Assembly (NCBI GenBank): GCA_963823665.1
Contig: CAWGMQ010000008.1
Location: 1,056,001 to 1,120,000 of the forward strand
Source: an uncultured Planctomycetota bacterium
GTDB lineage: Bacteria > Planctomycetota > Planctomycetia > Isosphaerales > Isosphaeraceae
Reading direction: 5' to 3'
DNA: 64,000 bases
Shown here: piece after piece, positions 22,744 through 33,060 of the stretch
Numbering within the stretch: position 1 is the first letter of the stretch
Layout: every line of letters begins with the position of its first letter
The notes under the pieces: generated by a model
Told to the model about the DNA's origin: nothing
The model's input: only the letters and a program-made list of their open reading frames with translations
The model's database searches: none
Position numbers and translations under genes: made by a program

Positions 22744-24219
22744 TCAATCGAGCGCGACGGTGACGGTCTTGGTCTCGGTGTAGTTGTCGAGGGCTTTTTC
22801 ACCGAGCTCACGGCCGATGCCGCTGGTCTTGAAGCCCCCGAACGGAGCGGCCGCATCAAAGACGTCGTAGCAGTTGATCCATATCGTGCCGGCGCGGACG
22901 CTGTCGGCGATGGCGTGGGCTTTCTTGATGTCGCGCGTCCAGACGGCGGCCGCCAAGCCGTAGTCAGTTGTATTGGCGCGCTCGATGACTTCGTCCAACT
23001 CCTTGAATCGGAGGACCTGCATCACGGGCCCGAAGATCTCATCCTTGGCGATGGCCATCGAGTCTTTCACTTCGGAGAAAACGGTGGGCTTGATGAAGTA
23101 GCCGCGAGAGCCGAAACGCTCGCCGCCGGTGATGCACTTGGCGCCCTGGGCCTTGCCCTTATCGATGAAACCCAGGATCTTGTCGAACTGGGCCTTGTCC
23201 ACCTGCGGGCCCTGCTCGGTGGCGGGATCGAACGGGTCGCCCACCTTGCGGGTCTTCACGCGGGAGGCCAGTTTTTCGACCATCTTCTCGTAGATCGGCT
23301 CTTGCACGAACAGACGGCTGCCCGCGCAGCAGCACTGTCCCTGGTTGAGATAGAGCCCGAGAATGGCGCCTTCGACGGCCGCGTCCAGATCGGCGTCGGC
23401 GAAGACGATGTTGGGGCTCTTGCCGCCCAGCTCGAGGGTCACCCGCTTGAGCGTGTCGGCCGCGGCCTTCATGATGATCTGGCCGGTGCGGGTCTCACCG
23501 GTGAACGCGATCTTGTCGGCACCCTTGTGGGCGACGAGTGCTGCACCGGCGGTTTCGCCAAAGCCGGGGACGATGTTGATGACTCCGGCGGGGAACCCCG
23601 CCTCGAGGGCGAGCTCACCGAGCCGAAGCGCGGTGAGCGGAGTTTGCTCGGCCGGCTTGAGCACCACGGTGCAGCCTGCGGCCAGCGCCGGGCCCCATTT
23701 CCAGGCGACCATGAGCATGGGGAAGTTCCACGGAATGATCTGGCCAGCGACGCCGACCGGCTCGCGCTTGGTGTAGCAGAAGTACCGGCCGCGGATTGGA
23801 ATCGTCTGGCCGTGGATCTTGTCGGCCCAGCCGGCGTAGTAGCGGAAGCAGTCGATGACGAGCGGCAAGTCGGCGTGCCGGCTTTCGGAGATCGGCTTGC
23901 CGTTGTCGAGGGTCTCGAGCTCGGCCAGTTCGTCGATGTGCGATTCGATCAAGTCGGCGAGCTTGTTCAAGAGCCGCCCGCGGTCGCGGGCGTCGGTCTT
24001 GCGCCAGGGGCCGGAGTCAAAGGCCTTGCGCGCGGCCTTGACCGCCATGTCGATGTCGGCGGAATCGCCCTCGGCGACGTGTGCGATGACTTCTTCCGTG
24101 GCCGGGTTGATCGTCTCGAAGGTCTTGCCGCTCTTGCTGTCGCGCCACCTACCGTCGATGAGCAGCTTGGTCTGAACCGTGCGAGCCACCTTGCGTCGCG
24201 GAGCAGTTGCCGTTGCCAT
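22744..24219 (-). CDS. NAD-dependent aldehyde dehydrogenase
   Basis: [42 protein letters not shown] and PFGGFKTSG. Confidence 0.95.
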   Translation of the reverse strand: MATATAPRRKVARTVQTKLLIDGRWRDSKSGKTFETINPATEEVIAHVAEGDSADIDMAVKAARKAFDSGPWRKTDARDRGRLLNKLADLIESHIDELAELETLDNGKPISESRHADLPLVIDCFRYYAGWADKIHGQTIPIRGRYFCYTKREPVGVAGQIIPWNFPMLMVAWKWGPALAAGCTVVLKPAEQTPLTALRLGELALEAGFPAGVINIVPGFGETAGAALVAHKGADKIAFTGETRTGQIIMKAAADTLKRVTLELGGKSPNIVFADADLDAAVEGAILGLYLNQGQCCCAGSRLFVQEPIYEKMVEKLASRVKTRKVGDPFDPATEQGPQVDKAQFDKILGFIDKGKAQGAKCITGGERFGSRGYFIKPTVFSEVKDSMAIAKDEIFGPVMQVLRFKELDEVIERANTTDYGLAAAVWTRDIKKAHAIADSVRAGTIWINCYDVFDAAAPFGGFKTSGIGRELGEKALDNYTETKTVTVALD

Positions 24220-24375
24220 GATCTGTTCTCCCTCTGACAGGACTGAGCAGTCTCTAATGATCAGGATTCCTGAGGCATCTGGCGACATCTTATGGATGAT
24301 CGACGCGAGACTCAAGACACGCGCGCGACCGCCGACGATGTTCGCCGGATAATTTCAATCGGAATCGCACGAAGA

Positions 24376-24915
24376 TCACGCATCGGCGACGGGACTTACC
24401 TTATTCCAAAATTCGCTGAGTCGCCGGTATGCCGTGGAGGGATCGACTGTAGGCGGCTTTGCTCCGCGTCGCCCATGCGCCACCCAGTTGCGGTATCGCC
24501 GAACCTGATTCACCGCCTCGACGAGGTTGGCGTCGAGTCTCTTGAAGGCTCCGAGTACCTTGAAGAAGCTTCCGTCCTCAACTTGTTGAATCAAGTCGTC
24601 GACAGCCTAAAGCAACACCGCGTGTTCGACAGATTTTTGCGAGACCTCCGAGCGTATTTCCGAGGCCATCTGGGTCCGGACCTGGCTCTCGAAGAGAGAG
24701 AAGAGCACAATTACTGCAAGATCGTCCATTTGTTCGAGGGTGAATTGCGTTTGCTCTTCAAGCTCGCGCTGATCAATGTCTTTGAAGCGGTCGTCCTTTT
24801 CGAGCTTCGCGTCCCACGGCAGGTCGTTCCAATACTTGGAGGCGAGACGACGTAATAGTCGAACTTGAAACTTCGCTTGCTGATACCATTGCCAGCCGTC
24901 GTCGAGCGTCTTCAT
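24376..24915 (-). pseudogene. HEPN-like protein with an in-frame TAG at 24607-24609
   Basis: ORFs 24607..24915 and 24376..24594 share one frame (HAVLL*AVDDLIQQ). Contains LFSLFES and the RNWVAHG (Rx4H) motif. Confidence 0.65.
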
Positions 24916-25397
24916 TGGAGCAGGCTTTGCATCGCGTCCTCAAATGAGTTGCGATCAAACCGATTGACGGTGAAACCTTCGTCTTCGACGATCACCCACG
25001 ATTCATTTGGCTCGATCTGAGACCGAAACAGAAGGTACTTTCGATCGCCGCTCTTCAGATCGACTCGGCCAAACGCACGCGCCACATGGATAATGCCGTT
25101 CGAAAGGTTTGGTCCCACGACCATTCTCGAGATCGGCACCAACGCTACTTCCTGGGATTCGAGCCGGATGAGCAATCGTGGTACGGTGTAGACACCGAGC
25201 TCAAGCTCGCGGAGCTCTTGAACGTCTTCCTTGATCGTCAGCAGCTTCTCCTGGTCCGCATCCGCGAGCCATTCTCTGATCAGTTCAACCAAGCGACGCA
25301 CGGCCCAGATCCACTCCGACTGAAGGGCCTTCTTGTCGTCGGCTTTCCCCCGTTCGATTTCCGCCCTGTCGGCGAGGAATTCTTTGAGTGTCTTCAT
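24912..25397 (-). CDS. Hypothetical protein (161 aa), coupled to the HEPN-like gene
   Basis: ATGA overlap with the downstream gene. Helical N-terminus followed by a beta-rich region. Confidence 0.75.
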   Translation of the reverse strand: MKTLKEFLADRAEIERGKADDKKALQSEWIWAVRRLVELIREWLADADQEKLLTIKEDVQELRELELGVYTVPRLLIRLESQEVALVPISRMVVGPNLSNGIIHVARAFGRVDLKSGDRKYLLFRSQIEPNESWVIVEDEGFTVNRFDRNSFEDAMQSLLQ

Positions 25398-25514
25398 GGA
25401 ATCGTTCCGTCTCAAGCCCGTCGCCAAAGAGAAGTCGTCCGTTCATCATCCCGGTGCGTAGGTGCGTCCCAACACCATTTTACGATAGTCGGTCCGAAGA
25501 ACAAACTCGGCACC

Positions 25515-26564
25515 TCACCACTTGTCGATCGCCCCCGAAGGAACCGGCACGTGCAGCTCGTAATGGCCCGGGAGAGGGGATTCGGGCCCGGCGGCTCGGG
25601 CCTCGGCGATGACTTCCTCGAAAAGGGCCGGACTCGAGAGATTGAGCAGCCGCATGTAGTACGGCTTCGGCAGTCGAATGAAATGAAAGTACCATTTGAG
25701 GATCTTGCGGAACTGCAGGCAGCCGTGATGCTCGCCCCGGCGCTCGACCAGACCGCGGAAATGGCGGCACATCAGCTCGATGCGCTCGTCGAAGGTCGGG
25801 TCGGGGCCCGGGTCACCCGTGCGGCTCCAGGAGTCGAGCTGACGAAAGATAAATGGATTGGCCAGCGAGCCGCGGCCGATCGAGACGGCGGCGCAGCCGG
25901 TTTCCTCGAATGCGGCGGCGGCATCGGCGATCGTTCGGATATCACCGTTGGCAACCACAGGAATGCGATCGACGGCCTCCACGACGGCGCGAATACCCGC
26001 GCGGTTCACGTTCCCCTTGAACCCTTGCTGGCGAGTGCGGCCGTGTACGATCACGGCGGACACTCCGACCTGCTCGAAGGCACGCGCCAGGTCCGGCGCC
26101 GTCAGCGACTCGTCATCCCAGCCGAGCCTCATCTTCACCGTGACCGGAATCGACACGGCGTCGACCACCCCGCGCACGAGTGCGACAGCGCTCTCCATCT
26201 GGCACATGAGAGCCGAGCCGCCGCCGGTCCTGACGACCTTCCGGACGGGGCAACCCATGTTGATATCGACTGCTGTGACCCCTTTTTGCTCCACCACACG
26301 CGCCGCCTGTTGCATCTCGGAAATGACGCTGCCGTAAAGCTGGATCGACAGCGGCCGGTCAGTTGCGCAAGTTTCGGAAAGCTCGAATGCCCGCCGGTGC
26401 TTCTCCAGGAGCGAGCGGGCATTCACCAGATCGGTCGTGGCGAGGCCGAGACCGCCGCACTCACGTACCGCAAGCCGGTAGGCCAGGCTGGTGTATCCAG
26501 CAAGGGGAGCCAGAAAGAACCGCGACGGGAGCGGTACCTGGCCGAGGGAGAGCGGTTCTTTCAC
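25515..26564 (-). CDS. dusB: tRNA-dihydrouridine synthase DusB
   Basis: LAPLAGYT, IQLYG, DINMGCP, GGGSALM, TVKMRLGWD, HGRT, ANGDI and IGRG. Confidence 0.9.
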   Translation of the reverse strand: MKEPLSLGQVPLPSRFFLAPLAGYTSLAYRLAVRECGGLGLATTDLVNARSLLEKHRRAFELSETCATDRPLSIQLYGSVISEMQQAARVVEQKGVTAVDINMGCPVRKVVRTGGGSALMCQMESAVALVRGVVDAVSIPVTVKMRLGWDDESLTAPDLARAFEQVGVSAVIVHGRTRQQGFKGNVNRAGIRAVVEAVDRIPVVANGDIRTIADAAAAFEETGCAAVSIGRGSLANPFIFRQLDSWSRTGDPGPDPTFDERIELMCRHFRGLVERRGEHHGCLQFRKILKWYFHFIRLPKPYYMRLLNLSSPALFEEVIAEARAAGPESPLPGHYELHVPVPSGAIDKW

Positions 26565-26635
26565 AATGGATGGGATCGCAGGCAGAGAGCAGCCGCCATG
26601 TCGCAACAATGTCAACTCCGGCACAGGGAACTGGG

Positions 26636-28060
26636 ATGAAATCGCATTGTCATTCTAGTGCCGCAGGTGATCCGGCACGAGGCCAGAACGGCGCAGAGGC
26701 GGGCTCCGGCTCGATCGACTCGAGTGACGCCGGCCGAGCTGAAGCGTGGGTTCTTTCAACCGAAGCCGGCCGCGGCTTGCTGGAGGAGGTCGGCTTCGCG
26801 CGCTCGGTGAGCCCGGCCCAGCTCGCCAGGCTGAGGAAGCATGCCGCGCCTGAGGCCGTCGCGGCGGCCGTGCGACTGGCGCAGGCCCGGCAGAAGGCCG
26901 CGCTGAAGTTCGAGCGAGGGCCGCTCATGTGGGTTGACTCCAAGAGCGTGGAACAATCGACCGCGGAGCTGGTCGCGAAACACAAGGCGAACCGGTTTCG
27001 AGCTCATGTGATTGTTGACCTCTGCGCAGGGATCGGGGGTGATACGCTCGCACTGGCGGCCGCGGCGAATGTCGTCTCGGTCGATTTCGATCATGCGATG
27101 TGCCGGCGAATCCTTTACAACGCAGACGTGTATGGCGTCTCCGATCGCGTGGTGGCAACCCGCGCCCGGGCCGAGCAATTCGCGATCCCCTCCGGCGCCT
27201 GGGTCCACCTGGACCCCGACCGGAGGGCGTCGCATTTGCGCCGGGCTTCGCGGCTGGTGGATTACTGCCCGTGCCCGGAATTCTGGAGCTCGCTCGTCGC
27301 ACGAGTTCCCGCAGGCGCGATCAAGCTCAGCCCGGCCGCAGACTTCCGGCAGCATTTTGCGGGCTCAAACGTCGAAATCGAGCTGATCAGTCTTCACGGC
27401 GAATGCAAGGAGGCGACGGTCTGGTTCGGAGAGCTCGCCTCTTGCGGGCGACGGGCGACGCGGCTGCCGGAAAACGTCACCTGGACCGACCGCGACAACC
27501 CAACCCGGTACGTGGCGCCCGTCGCGTCGCCGGGCTGCCTGATCTATGACCCTGACCCCTCGCTGCTGCGAGCGGATCTGCTCGACAGTTTCGCCTGCGA
27601 GCACAACTTGAATCGTCTGGCAGATGGGGTTGATTACCTGACGGCTGATCACCTGGTGAAGAGCCCCTTTCTGAGCGCGTTTGAGGTTTGCGAGATTACG
27701 TCTCTGGACCTGAAGGTGCTGAAGCGCCTGGTCGCGAAGCATGAGATCGGCACGCTCGAGATCAAGGTGCGCGGGGCTCGCGTAACCCCGGAGAGGCTGC
27801 GGGAAAAGCTCAAGCTGCACGGCGGGCGAACGGCCACACTGATCGTGGTCGGCGGCAAAGGGGCGGCCAAGGCCATCCTCGCTCAAAGAGTTTCCACGGG
27901 GGGAGTGGCGACGTCATCGGCACGGGCCGAGCTGGTCACGGGCTCCGCGCCGAGCGAATCGGGCGACGCGCCGCCAGCGCCGTTTCCGTCGGCCCGCACG
28001 CCCCCGGCCGGGGCCGGCTCGAGCGGAGTTGATGGTCCATTGCCGCTCGCCTCCGGCTGA
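26636..28060 (+). CDS. Class I SAM-dependent methyltransferase with C-terminal THUMP-like domain
   Basis: EQST...A.HKA.RF, VDLCAGIGGD, HLDPDRR, IKLSPA, ECKEA, YDPDP and LEIKVRG. Confidence 0.85.
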   Translation: MKSHCHSSAAGDPARGQNGAEAGSGSIDSSDAGRAEAWVLSTEAGRGLLEEVGFARSVSPAQLARLRKHAAPEAVAAAVRLAQARQKAALKFERGPLMWVDSKSVEQSTAELVAKHKANRFRAHVIVDLCAGIGGDTLALAAAANVVSVDFDHAMCRRILYNADVYGVSDRVVATRARAEQFAIPSGAWVHLDPDRRASHLRRASRLVDYCPCPEFWSSLVARVPAGAIKLSPAADFRQHFAGSNVEIELISLHGECKEATVWFGELASCGRRATRLPENVTWTDRDNPTRYVAPVASPGCLIYDPDPSLLRADLLDSFACEHNLNRLADGVDYLTADHLVKSPFLSAFEVCEITSLDLKVLKRLVAKHEIGTLEIKVRGARVTPERLREKLKLHGGRTATLIVVGGKGAAKAILAQRVSTGGVATSSARAELVTGSAPSESGDAPPAPFPSARTPPAGAGSSGVDGPLPLASG

Positions 28061-31000
28061 GGGCTCCCGGCGGGGACCGGGCGCGACGCGAATCGTTTCT
28101 TGACGCCCTCGAGCCATTCGAGCTCGGGAAGTCCGTAGGGCCGGAATTTCTCGATCCGGTTCGCTTCTTCGCTGTAATAAAGAGCCCGGTTTTCGCCGAG
28201 CTTGCTGCCGGCGGGTGTGTCGATCAAGGTGCTCGAGTCGTTGGCACTCATCTGGAAAAGAATCCGATTCTCGAATTCCTTCATTCCCTGGCGGTCGAGC
28301 GTGCGGTTCATGTTATTCACACTGTCGCACCAGATGATGGTGTGAATACCCACGGGGGGACCGTCGCGGAGTGCGTCGGCAAAGAGCTTCGACGGCGGCA
28401 CCGGCTTGTCCTCGTCATAGCGCGCGTAGCCGAAATCGTCATCTGACTTCCTCAGGTCGCGGAACCGCTGGATGTCGTAGATCAAAATGTAAACTGGCGC
28501 TTGATCGTCGGAGGAAGCTTCCTGGCGGCGCTTGATCTCGGCGGCCAGACCGGTGTACGTCGCACCCAGGTTGCGCCAGGTGACATTCGTCACCGGATGC
28601 GGCAGGACTTCCTTCAGCCGGCCGAGCTGGCCGGAGAGTGCGGAATCAACAGGGCTGCCGTCGAGCAAGTAGAACCGGCACGCCTGGGGCCCGACCGGCG
28701 GATGCTGCGAGGCGATGCCGATGACGCCCATGATCATCATTGCGAGCGCGGCCTCGTCGTTCTGGCCGACGATCAAGACATTGCTGCCGCTCTGAGGCCG
28801 AAAGACGACCGATGTGGGATCCTTGATCGAGATCGCATCACCCAGCCAGGCGGAGTCGGCCTTGGGGGCTGCGGGCCATTCCGCTTTCGCGAGCAGCTCG
28901 TTCAACAGCGGATTTTTGCGAACTTCCGCGGGCAGATTGCCTTCGAAGACGATCGGAGGCGGCTTCTGGATATTGTGCTCGCGGCGCATTTCCTGAATTC
29001 GCTCGAGGTATTTCTCGCGGCGCTCGTCGGAGAGCCAGACCACCTGGAACAGGTTGTTTCCTTCCATCATTCCGTTGGCGTCGTTGTAGATCGCCTCGCC
29101 GGGGCGGGTGAGCAGGCGCGCGGCGGTGTTGTCCTCGCTCAAGATCAGGTGTGCGTCGGCTTCGCTGCATTGGAGGGCGATGCGCACGGCCATCTGGCCC
29201 AGGGTGGCCTTGGGAAGCGAATACTGGCCGCCCAAGGTCTGTGACCCGAGCACGACATGCATTCCGAACGCACGGCCCTGCCGCACCAAGCGGTCGAGCA
29301 GCAGAGTGACTTCCTGGGCAATCTTGTCGTCTTCTACGAAGAATTCCTGGAACTCGTCGATGACGAGCAAGACCCGCGGCATCGGTACCTCAGGGCGGGC
29401 CTCGCGATAGCCATTCAAATCCTGACATCCGAGTTGACGGTAGATCTCGCCACGCTCCTTGAGCTCGACGTCCAGCCGCTGGAGCACGCTAAGCCCGAAC
29501 TCGCGTTCGCTCTCGACCGCGATCACCCGCGCATGAGGCAACTCCATCGCCGCGTATACCTTGAATTCGACGCCTTTCTTGAAGTCGATCAGGTACAGCT
29601 CGAGTTGATCGGGGCTGTATCTGAGCGCTCCGTTGGTGATCGAGCGCGTGCAGCATCGTCGACTTGCCCGAGCCCGTCTTGCCGGCGGTGAGAACGTGCT
29701 GCGAGGTGCCTTTTCCCAGCTTGAGGTGCTGCAGCTTGGTGGCGCCGGCACGGCCCAGGGGAATGTCGACGCCCTTGCTGCTGTCGAAGGTCCAGAACTG
29801 GTCGGGCTTGGGGGCGATGAACTCGAATGGAACCTCGACCCGGTTGGCGTCGCGCGCGGCGTTGCCGACCTTGTGCAGGATCTCGGAGAATCGCGCTGGA
29901 TCGGGGGGGCCGTCGAGGGACAGAGGATAGCGGCCGAAGTTCGGCTCGCGCCACTGCAGGCGGCTTTCCTTCCAGATCATATTGACGCACGGGTTTTCCA
30001 GCTCCTTGAGCGGGAAGCCCGATGGCAGGCCGAGCTTCGTATCGAGCATCACGAGCGCGTACACGCCGCAACGGGCGCCACTGTTGACGATGCTGATCAG
30101 CCGCCGCAGCGCGGCGTCGTTGAAATTGGTCGGGAAGTTGGCGACGACCAGGATCCTGAACGGCTCGGCGACTTCGCCGGCCATGGTGTTGTATTCCTCG
30201 ATAGTCTCGAACTCGTTGCGGAGGTACTTCTGGATCACGTTCTCCATATGTTCGGTGAGATCGGTAAGACGCTGCTCGATGTGCTGGGCCTCGGTCCAGA
30301 TACGGTTCGTGACCAGGAGCTCGTGATAGTCGCCCAGGTGCATGAACGCGGCGAAGTTCTCGCCTAGCCCTACCGGATCGACGATGGTGAACCTCACCTT
30401 GCCGGGCGGAATCGAGGTCAGGTATCGCAGCATCAGCGATTGCAAGAGCGTGATCCCCTCGTCCTTGCCGGCATCGGCCGCCTTGATGAGCACCGAGCCT
30501 TGAATGGGGAAGGGCAAGAGGGCGGGAATCTGAAAATGGGTCGGGACCGATTTGAGTCGCGGATCGACGGGTACGCCGTTCGGGAAATGGTTCAAATCCA
30601 CGTCAAACATTCCGAAGCGCATTCCCGGCGGCACCTCGATCGGCGGCTTCCAGCCGTCAAGCTCCGGCGCGCCCCATTCCAGGAATCGGCGCCCGGCTTC
30701 TTCGCGAACTTCGTTCACGGTGTTGTCGACCCGAGCCATTCCCTCCGTCCAGTTCTTGATCAGGTTGGCCCACGCCTGGTCATAGTGGAGCTTGGTGGTC
30801 TCTTTTGTTTTTCGATAAGAGTCGTCGAGCTCGCGGCGATCTTTTTCGTATTTTTCCTTGAGTGACGCGAGCCGCGGAGGAAAGTGTTCCTCGGCCTTCT
30901 TGAGGCCTTCGTCGCGGCGTACGCGAATCTGCTCGAGCCGGGCGGGGTAGGTCTGGTCGGCCTCTTCCGTGTGCTTCTGGTGGCGGGTCTGAAACTCGCT

Positions 31001-32059
31001 CATCCTGCGCGCCAGCAGCTCCTCGGCCTCGCGCACCATGGACTCTCGCTTCTTCTCGAGCTCCTTGAGCTTTCCGTCGAATTCGTTCTTGATCCAGTCT
31101 TTACTCTGCTCGAGGAGCTGTTCGGCGCCGGCAAGCGCGCTCTTGAGCGGTACGCTGTGCTTGGCCACGGCGGGGCGAGCGATCGAGCTCAGGCCGAGGT
31201 AAGCCCCCACGGCCGAAGCGATCGCGACCACACCTCCCACGATCCCGGCGGTCGTCCAGCCGACGGGAGTCCCAAGTCCAAGACCCGCGGCGGCAGCGCC
31301 GCCCAAGAGTAGCCAGGGCCAGATGAAGTTGTCGATCTTGAGAAACCTGGGAAGTCTGAGCGCGACCAGACCAATCAGATGGTCTTCGATAGTCGCCCGC
31401 AGCGTTTGAAGCTTGACGAGGGGAGTCTGTTCAACGGGAGGCTCCGCTGGATCGGCCGCGGCTGCATCTGCGGGGGCATTCTCTCCGGGCGTCGCGGCCG
31501 GTTCGGTCGCCGCCGGAGTAAGGGCCTCGGGCGTCGCGGGAAGCGCTTCCGGACCCACATTGGCGAGCCTGCCGCAGCGCTTGAGCACGTATTCCGCGTC
31601 GACCTGTTTCTGGTGAAGAAAGCCGATCTCTTCATTCCAGGCGGCATCGGTGCCGCGTCGCCACTTGATGCCTTCATCGCGCTGGCCCTCGAACATAGCC
31701 AGCGCTTGCCAGCCCGTCTCTTCTTTCGACTTCTTGGCGCGGCGCCCGTCTTTCTTCAGTTGTTCGTCGATCTGTTTCTTGGTCTGTTCGTACTCGCCCT
31801 TGGTCGCCTGTGTGTCGCGCTGGAAGGTCTGCACAACCTGGTCGCGAGCCCTCGAATAATCGGCCTCCATGGCGGTGTTGTCGACTTTGTACTTGTCACC
31901 GAGGTGCTTGGCGGCGGAGCGATATTCGGCCTCTTCCCGCTCGATTCGCTTGCGGAACCCGAGCTCGGTTTCGGATTCACCCTTGGCGCGGGCCGCAATC
32001 AGGGCTTCGAGCTCAGAGAGCGCAACTGTCTCTTTTTGAACGAGTGGAGACTCAGGCAT
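27883..32059 (-). CDS. FtsK/SpoIIIE-family (EssC/EccC-like) ATPase with long coiled coil and TM hairpin (frameshift near 29640)
   Basis: Walker A GKTGSGKS (29660-29683), LYLIDFKKGVEF, Walker B VLLVIDEFQE, LVRQGRAFGMHVVLGSQT and RIALQ. Flanking RecA-like domains are degenerate. About 1390 aa when rejoined. Confidence 0.9.
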
Positions 32060-32158
32060 GATCCTTGATCCGTCTAGAAGGCTATCGCAGGCTTTTTTGC
32101 CGAAGAGATCGTCAGTTGTTTATCGATGACGCGGCCGCAGGCGAGGCCCGAGCGTCTG

Positions 32159-32371
32159 TCAGTCTTCCTTGCACTGAGCCCGGATCTTTCCGAGTGTCTC
32201 GGAGACCTTCTCCATACCGGTGATCGCGCCTTTGGTCAGTTGTTCGAGAGGCTGGAGGTGAATCCGCTCGAAATCGCGGGAAACGGGGTCGTCCCATGCT
32301 TCCTGGGTGATGTCCCACTGCTCCCTGAGGTGTTTCAGCGCGTGATGAAGCCGTCCCGAGTGAGCGCTCAT
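32159..32371 (-). CDS. Small WXG100-like helical hairpin protein (70 aa, W-D-D turn)
   Basis: LREQWDITQEAWDDPVSRDFER..LQPL. ATGA overlap with the upstream gene, inside the WXG100/FtsK operon. Confidence 0.7.
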   Translation of the reverse strand: MSAHSGRLHHALKHLREQWDITQEAWDDPVSRDFERIHLQPLEQLTKGAITGMEKVSETLGKIRAQCKED

Positions 32372-33051
32372 GAAGTCCTCCCGGAAACCAGGGGAGCGGC
32401 CTCGCCCGGCGCGATGGCCGTTCCGTCGCCTGTTGATTCGGTCTTGGTCTCGCCGCCCGCCGGAGCGGCGTCAGCCGCCGATGCCGTGGTCGCCTCACCC
32501 GAGCCCGTCGAGCTGCCGGCCGACGTCGGCCCCGAAGCCGCGGCTGTCTCGAACACCGGAGCTGTCGGTGCCCGCAGTGCCAGATAAGATTCGACGGCCA
32601 TGATCATCTTTTCCAGCCCGGCCATGCTCTTCTCGAAGCCCCCGGAGATATGATCTCCCAGGGGCTGAGAGTGGGAGTGGTATTCATCGATCGCGTGATG
32701 AAGTTGAGGAATGAGCCGCTTGACGAGCGCGACCATTTCTTCCGCCTTGCGCAGCCGCTTCTGGGCTTCGCGGACGGCCTCCTTCTGGTCGGAGTCGGAG
32801 ACGGCGTCGCTGCCCTGCTGCGAAAGTTGACGCTTGTGGAGATCGGCCCGCGCTTGCTGTAGAATCTCGGATCTTCTTTTGATTTGCGCCTGCCAGTAGC
32901 CGAGCTGGTCGCGCTCGAGCCAGTCGCGAGTCCGACGCAGCTCCATGTCCACACCGCCCAGGGAGCTGCGAGCCTCCTCGGCGAAGTTGGCCATCGCGAC
33001 TTTGAAATCCTTGAGCGCCTGAACGGACAGGATGTTGGCTGATCGGCTCAT
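32368..33051 (-). CDS. Helical protein (227 aa) with low-complexity A/S/T/G tail; putative Esx-associated substrate or partner
   Basis: The N-terminus MSRSANILSVQALKDFK parallels the WXG100 N-terminus. Coiled-coil composition, located between two WXG-like genes. Confidence 0.8.
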   Translation of the reverse strand: MSRSANILSVQALKDFKVAMANFAEEARSSLGGVDMELRRTRDWLERDQLGYWQAQIKRRSEILQQARADLHKRQLSQQGSDAVSDSDQKEAVREAQKRLRKAEEMVALVKRLIPQLHHAIDEYHSHSQPLGDHISGGFEKSMAGLEKMIMAVESYLALRAPTAPVFETAAASGPTSAGSSTGSGEATTASAADAAPAGGETKTESTGDGTAIAPGEAAPLVSGRTS

Positions 33052-33060
33052 GGCTCGTTC

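Noticed and set aside
22729..24237. 502-aa plus-strand ORF, and similar long antisense ORFs such as 25086..26639 and 21281..22402
   Set aside because: These are shadow ORFs opposite well-supported genes, as expected in high-GC DNA.
863..24609. Genome-wide TAG reassignment (Gln or pyrrolysine)
   Set aside because: TAG terminates normal-length genes (33061, 33563, 35319, 40322), and the kinase TAG sits where an aromatic residue is expected.
29600..29680. Programmed frameshift or natural EccCa/EccCb-like split
   Set aside because: The break falls just after Walker A inside a domain, no slippery sequence is evident, and similar indels occur throughout the window.
27883..32059. Cell-division FtsK or conjugative coupling protein
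   Set aside because: There is no N-terminal 4-TM domain or gamma domain and no relaxase/T4SS genes; the adjacent WXG100 genes favour an Esx-type role.
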